Positions 60,525 through 64,000 of a stretch of DNA of 64,000 nt are shown piece by piece. The stretch is from Spirochaetota bacterium (GTDB lineage: Bacteria > Spirochaetota > Spirochaetia > CAKZLE01). The stretch spans positions 1,651 through 65,650 of the forward strand of contig JBNJDX010000004.1 of the NCBI GenBank assembly GCA_051745285.1, in the 5' to 3' direction. Position 1 is the stretch's first letter, and the number at the start of each line of letters is the position of its first letter. The notes beneath the pieces were generated by a model, which ran no database searches, was not told where the DNA came from, and was given only the letters and a program-made list of their open reading frames with translations. A program made the position numbers and the translations under genes.

Positions 60525-62261
60525 CTACAACAGTGTTTTCACTTTGATTTCAAATAGTTTGTCATCATCCCACAACTCGCAGGTCTTTTGGAGAGTCCAT
60601 AAACGAGCAGTATCACCTTCTTCGCCATTAGAGGTGATTGCCCAGGCATCATAGGCAACTGGGTATATACTACCGACCAGATTCGCTTGATCGTCTTCGA
60701 TCTTAAATTTACCCAATCCGTACCCGGATGCAGTGCTCCATAGAGCTCCATCATGCCAAGCAATATCGTTACCCACGGTATGGGAAAGTCTGATTTCTTT
60801 ATCAATGGCAACAACCGGTTTATCTGGATCAATATTCTTTAGATCTATCACATATAGCTTATCCTGCATTCGACTGGGCAGCAACAAGAGGGTCTCGTCA
60901 AAGAATGTTAACCCCATCGTACCGCCCTCAGATTGGTCGGGAATATCGTAGGACCAACCTTTTACATCAGTGACGGCTTCACCTTCGGCTATATCCACTG
61001 GAGGTTTAAAACGATACAGTTTCTTTTCACTGAAATCATTTACATAGAAATATTCACCATCATGCGTCAGGCCCCGAGGGTTGACGGCAAAATCCGTAGC
61101 CATCTTTATATACGCATCAGTTTCTGGATCTGTCTCCGGATCGAAATCCGGATCAAGGTCTGGATTTATGCGGATAAAATCCAATCCATTACCGTGTTCT
61201 CCATCACCTATACTGAAGCGCCATAAGAAACCATCATAGTAATGAAGCGCCCAACCGAAAGACAGCGCTAAGCCCTCTCCCAGTGTTTTTGTGACTTCTC
61301 TAGTCGCATCTTCCTCATCATAAACATAAAGATACTCATCTGAATCCGTAGCCGGTCGATATCCCAAGGTATAGCCAGTGGGAACAGAATAGCCAAATAC
61401 AGGGCGATTTGAATCATCGGTCTCATCACTGTTATTGGATGTATTGCCCGTGGAATCTTCCGGAATCATGATTTTATCGTAATCAGGCGACATACCATAG
61501 AACTTATTTCTCTCAATATTCAGCGTAGAGGACATACCTGCTGTTATGGCATGACTAGTATATGTATCAAAATAATTATTACTAATCGTGCACTCGGTAT
61601 TCTCTGCGTGTACACCTACAAACCCATTCTGAAATAGATTATCATGTATCTCTACGCCTACGTTGAATTGTTCAAGAGCAATCTCGTGATAAGCATTTTG
61701 ATATAGCGTATTATACGCAAAGGTCGGTGAAGACTGTTCAGCATAGAGTCCTTCAGTATTATTCCAGCGAATGACCGAATAGGAGACAGGAACCGATGAA
61801 TCAAATTGCTCCACACCGATTTCGGCAAATTCCACAACGGTGTATCGTAGCTCGGAGTTATCAGTATCGAGCAAAGAAATCCCAAACCAATCGCCATTGA
61901 TTGCGTAGTCAAAACCAGCAGCCTCATAATCAGAGGTGAAAAAAATTTGTTCTTCTGCTGTACCGATGGCTCTCAGAGTTCCTCCCTCTACTCCTAAACC
62001 GCCTTTATTTACATCAACATATCCGCGATCTGCTCTGAACTTCACAACTGTGCCGGGCTCGATAGTGAGAGTAACACCCTCTGGAACAATAACATATCCA
62101 GCTTCGACAACTCCTGACCATGTTGTATCTCTCTGCAAAACACCTTCTGTGGAATTGAATTCCGCTATCGGAGCTATCGGACAGGCAGTCAGTGCTAACG
62201 CCAAGCTAACCATGAACAAACCTGATACGGACACTGCTGAAAATGGCTTCATTCTCTTCAT
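60525..62261 (-). CDS. lipoprotein with right-handed beta-helix and C-terminal beta-propeller-like domain
   Basis: Lipobox LTAC; VPEGVTLTIEPGTVVKF..GTAEEQIFFTS..GDWFGI; Asn ladders; NPRGLTHDGEYFYV and DIAWHDGALW repeats. Confidence 0.75.
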   Translation of the reverse strand: MKRMKPFSAVSVSGLFMVSLALALTACPIAPIAEFNSTEGVLQRDTTWSGVVEAGYVIVPEGVTLTIEPGTVVKFRADRGYVDVNKGGLGVEGGTLRAIGTAEEQIFFTSDYEAAGFDYAINGDWFGISLLDTDNSELRYTVVEFAEIGVEQFDSSVPVSYSVIRWNNTEGLYAEQSSPTFAYNTLYQNAYHEIALEQFNVGVEIHDNLFQNGFVGVHAENTECTISNNYFDTYTSHAITAGMSSTLNIERNKFYGMSPDYDKIMIPEDSTGNTSNNSDETDDSNRPVFGYSVPTGYTLGYRPATDSDEYLYVYDEEDATREVTKTLGEGLALSFGWALHYYDGFLWRFSIGDGEHGNGLDFIRINPDLDPDFDPETDPETDAYIKMATDFAVNPRGLTHDGEYFYVNDFSEKKLYRFKPPVDIAEGEAVTDVKGWSYDIPDQSEGGTMGLTFFDETLLLLPSRMQDKLYVIDLKNIDPDKPVVAIDKEIRLSHTVGNDIAWHDGALWSTASGYGLGKFKIEDDQANLVGSIYPVAYDAWAITSNGEEGDTARLWTLQKTCELWDDDKLFEIKVKTLL

Positions 62262-62553
62262 AACGTCCCCCAGAATAGAAATGGTAGTTACGAGAGTGTT
62301 GTGCAATAAAGATAGAAGTTTTTCAGCAGTGGGTACACCTCAGACTCAGTAAAAGGCGGTAACATCTCCCGTGTTAGTAGCTTTAATTCTGTACACCTAT
62401 ATTCTCAGTCTTACATAGGTTTTAGACCAAGTCAATTGAAAATCATACTTATTAATTGACTAATTTGTTTCATATTTTGCAGTTAAAAACTCGTCTGGAC
62501 AGCATCAGGATATATTAAGGAAGAAATTACAGAATATTCTAGAGGTAGGAAAA

Positions 62554-62600
62554 ACATGTCTTGAGGTATGCGGTCATCGGTTCAAATCCACCCAGCCCGA
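62554..62600 (+). repeat. degenerate copy of the tRNA-Pro 3' half (att-like direct repeat)
   Basis: GGTCATCGGTTCAAATCCACCCAGCCCGA (62572-62600) matches 58628-58656 at 26/29; weaker similarity extends into the anticodon arm. Confidence 0.85.
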
Positions 62601-63020
62601 TACCTTGTGAAAAGACATTCCCTACAGGTTCTTCATAACTACATGCCCACCATAAGAACATAGAAAGATTGGAATGTGTGCTTCCCCCCCATAGAGGCGA
62701 TGCATACCGGTAGTATTCTCTGAAAGAACAAATGAGAGCAAAGAAAAATTGGAGGGTAAAAAGAACTGTCGATTGTAGCTACTGCCTCTTCAACTAACCC
62801 TCTGAAGATCCATAATAGTCGTATCAGAACGGAGAATGAAGCTGAAACCTGAATAGCTCTTATGGTCCGCTTTTTTGTCAGGTGTTACGAACCACACGTT
62901 GAGTAATCGATAATTTCTTACATTTGGAAGTGAAAATCCGGCGAGCAAACTTACCGTCAGCAACACTGTTCGAAAGTTCGTGTTACTGCGATCACATACA
63001 GTGCTGGCATGAAACCAAAC

Positions 63021-63062
63021 AGGGACTGCTGCTAAAGCCTTACGACTTTTGCAACAGCCCCT
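63021..63062 (-). terminator. intrinsic terminator of the ice-binding protein gene
   Basis: Minus strand AGGGGCTGTTGCAAAAG...CTTTAGCAGCAGTCCCT followed by a T-rich run. Confidence 0.55.
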
Positions 63063-63078
63063 TACACTAATTACGATT

Positions 63079-63999
63079 CTATGGTCCGGTTATAGCATTA
63101 GCATCCAGGGTGACGGCCGTCTGGGACAGCAGTCTTCCGTTTACTGACGCTCCATTAAGGACCGGGATGTTCGTTTTGGTCAGCAGCGTTCCCGCAAACT
63201 GAGACGTTGTGCCCAAAGATGCTTGTGAACCGACCTGCCAAACGATATTCTCTGCACGTGCTCCACCGGCGAGTGAAACTTTGACTCCATTAGCCACTAC
63301 GAGATCCTCGGCGATCTGGAACACCCACGTTGCCGTATCGGATCCCCAGATTACTACATCGGTGGTAATTGAGACTCCGGTACCCCATTTGTATAAACCG
63401 GGTTCCAAGGTCTTTCCGCCAATCTCTCCAGCTCCCAAGTCGGTGTAATCCGGACTCGAGAGTCCTGCAGCAGTAGTATACGCATTTTCCATGTCGCTGA
63501 CGGCTGTCGTCAGGATCGAGGGCGTAGGAGCTGTGTAATCTGCAGCATATAACTTCCCGGTCACGTAGGATGACGTCGAATACTCTCCACTTGAGTCCAT
63601 TGTCACGGAAAATCCGGTTAAGGACGTCGAACCTTCCGGGCTTAGCCCGATATCTCCGATAACGCTGGTGGTACCAGTGGTACTAACCCCCGATTTTGCA
63701 AGAATCGCGTAGTTTGCGGCGGTGCCCAGATCCACTGAGCCAGGTCCTCCATCGGGACCACTCCCAAGATTCTTTGACGTGGCCGTCGTAAACGTCCAGA
63801 TTTTTTTCTCCTCCATTGCGTTACCGGCGGTATCCGTCACTGCGGTAGTGATCGTCGCGGTATAAGTGGTTCCAGTTGCAAGATTGGCCCCAGGAGTGAA
63901 GCTAGCTGTCAAATCATCTGTGTTGTAGGTAACCGTACCCGATATCTGTGAGGTTCCAGCGTATAGTGTGAAACTGTCAGTATCGATTGTCGTATTATC
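63079..63999 (-). CDS. DUF3494 ice-binding family protein with a preceding Ig-like (Big_5) domain; 5' end outside the window
   Basis: VDLGTAANYAILAKSGVS, AVSDMENAY, LEPGLYKW, WVFQI, AENIVWQV, NGRLLSQTAVTLDAN; upstream FTPGANL..GTTYTATITT..D.AGN...WTFTT. Confidence 0.92.
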   Translation of the reverse strand, partial: DNTTIDTDSFTLYAGTSQISGTVTYNTDDLTASFTPGANLATGTTYTATITTAVTDTAGNAMEEKKIWTFTTATSKNLGSGPDGGPGSVDLGTAANYAILAKSGVSTTGTTSVIGDIGLSPEGSTSLTGFSVTMDSSGEYSTSSYVTGKLYAADYTAPTPSILTTAVSDMENAYTTAAGLSSPDYTDLGAGEIGGKTLEPGLYKWGTGVSITTDVVIWGSDTATWVFQIAEDLVVANGVKVSLAGGARAENIVWQVGSQASLGTTSQFAGTLLTKTNIPVLNGASVNGRLLSQTAVTLDANAITGP

Positions 64000-64000
64000 C

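Larger units (their letters stand above)
58628..62600. mobile_element. putative degenerate genomic islet integrated at tRNA-Pro
   Basis: Bounded by the tRNA 3' end and its direct repeat; partly AT-rich cargo; no integrase seen. Confidence 0.55.

Noticed and set aside
62940-62992. Hairpin with GCAAAC/GAAA resembling a c-di-GMP-I riboswitch
   Set aside because: Stem arrangement does not fit and no gene lies directly downstream on that strand
1-64000. CRISPR array, rRNA, IS transposase or prophage genes
   Set aside because: No regularly spaced repeats or such genes seen; the encapsulin has an HK97 fold but is a cellular compartment, not a phage capsid

Overview
Bacterial chromosomal window, probably from an anaerobic Spirochaetota-like organism (inferred from the V-ATPase gene order, lipoprotein signal peptides and gene content). 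From left to right it holds: the AT-rich edge of an island with a winged-HTH plus nucleotidyltransferase (AbiE/type IV TA-like) pair; a complete V/A-type ATP synthase operon (H-C-I-K-F-E-A-B-D) followed by USP and PTS-EIIA genes; a metallophosphoesterase, a MATE transporter and an ANKH-like transporter; a FecCD-type ABC importer, a TrmO-FmdE fusion and larC-larE-larB with no larA; a ferritin-like cargo plus family 1 encapsulin; tkt; a hybrid kinase; perR; argG with ARG boxes; a KDSR-like SDR; gltA, icd and acn; a trimeric [FeFe]-hydrogenase whose HydB is fused to a GltD/NfnL-like FAD/NADPH module; tRNA-Pro(GGG) with a degenerate copy of its 3' half about 3.9 kb downstream (an integration scar); and a DUF3494 ice-binding protein that runs off the right edge. 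The best candidates for an undescribed system are the two-flavin HydB-GltD hydrogenase and the orphan nickel-pincer cofactor cluster with the TrmO-FmdE fusion. All calls come from reading motifs by eye; no database searches were run.
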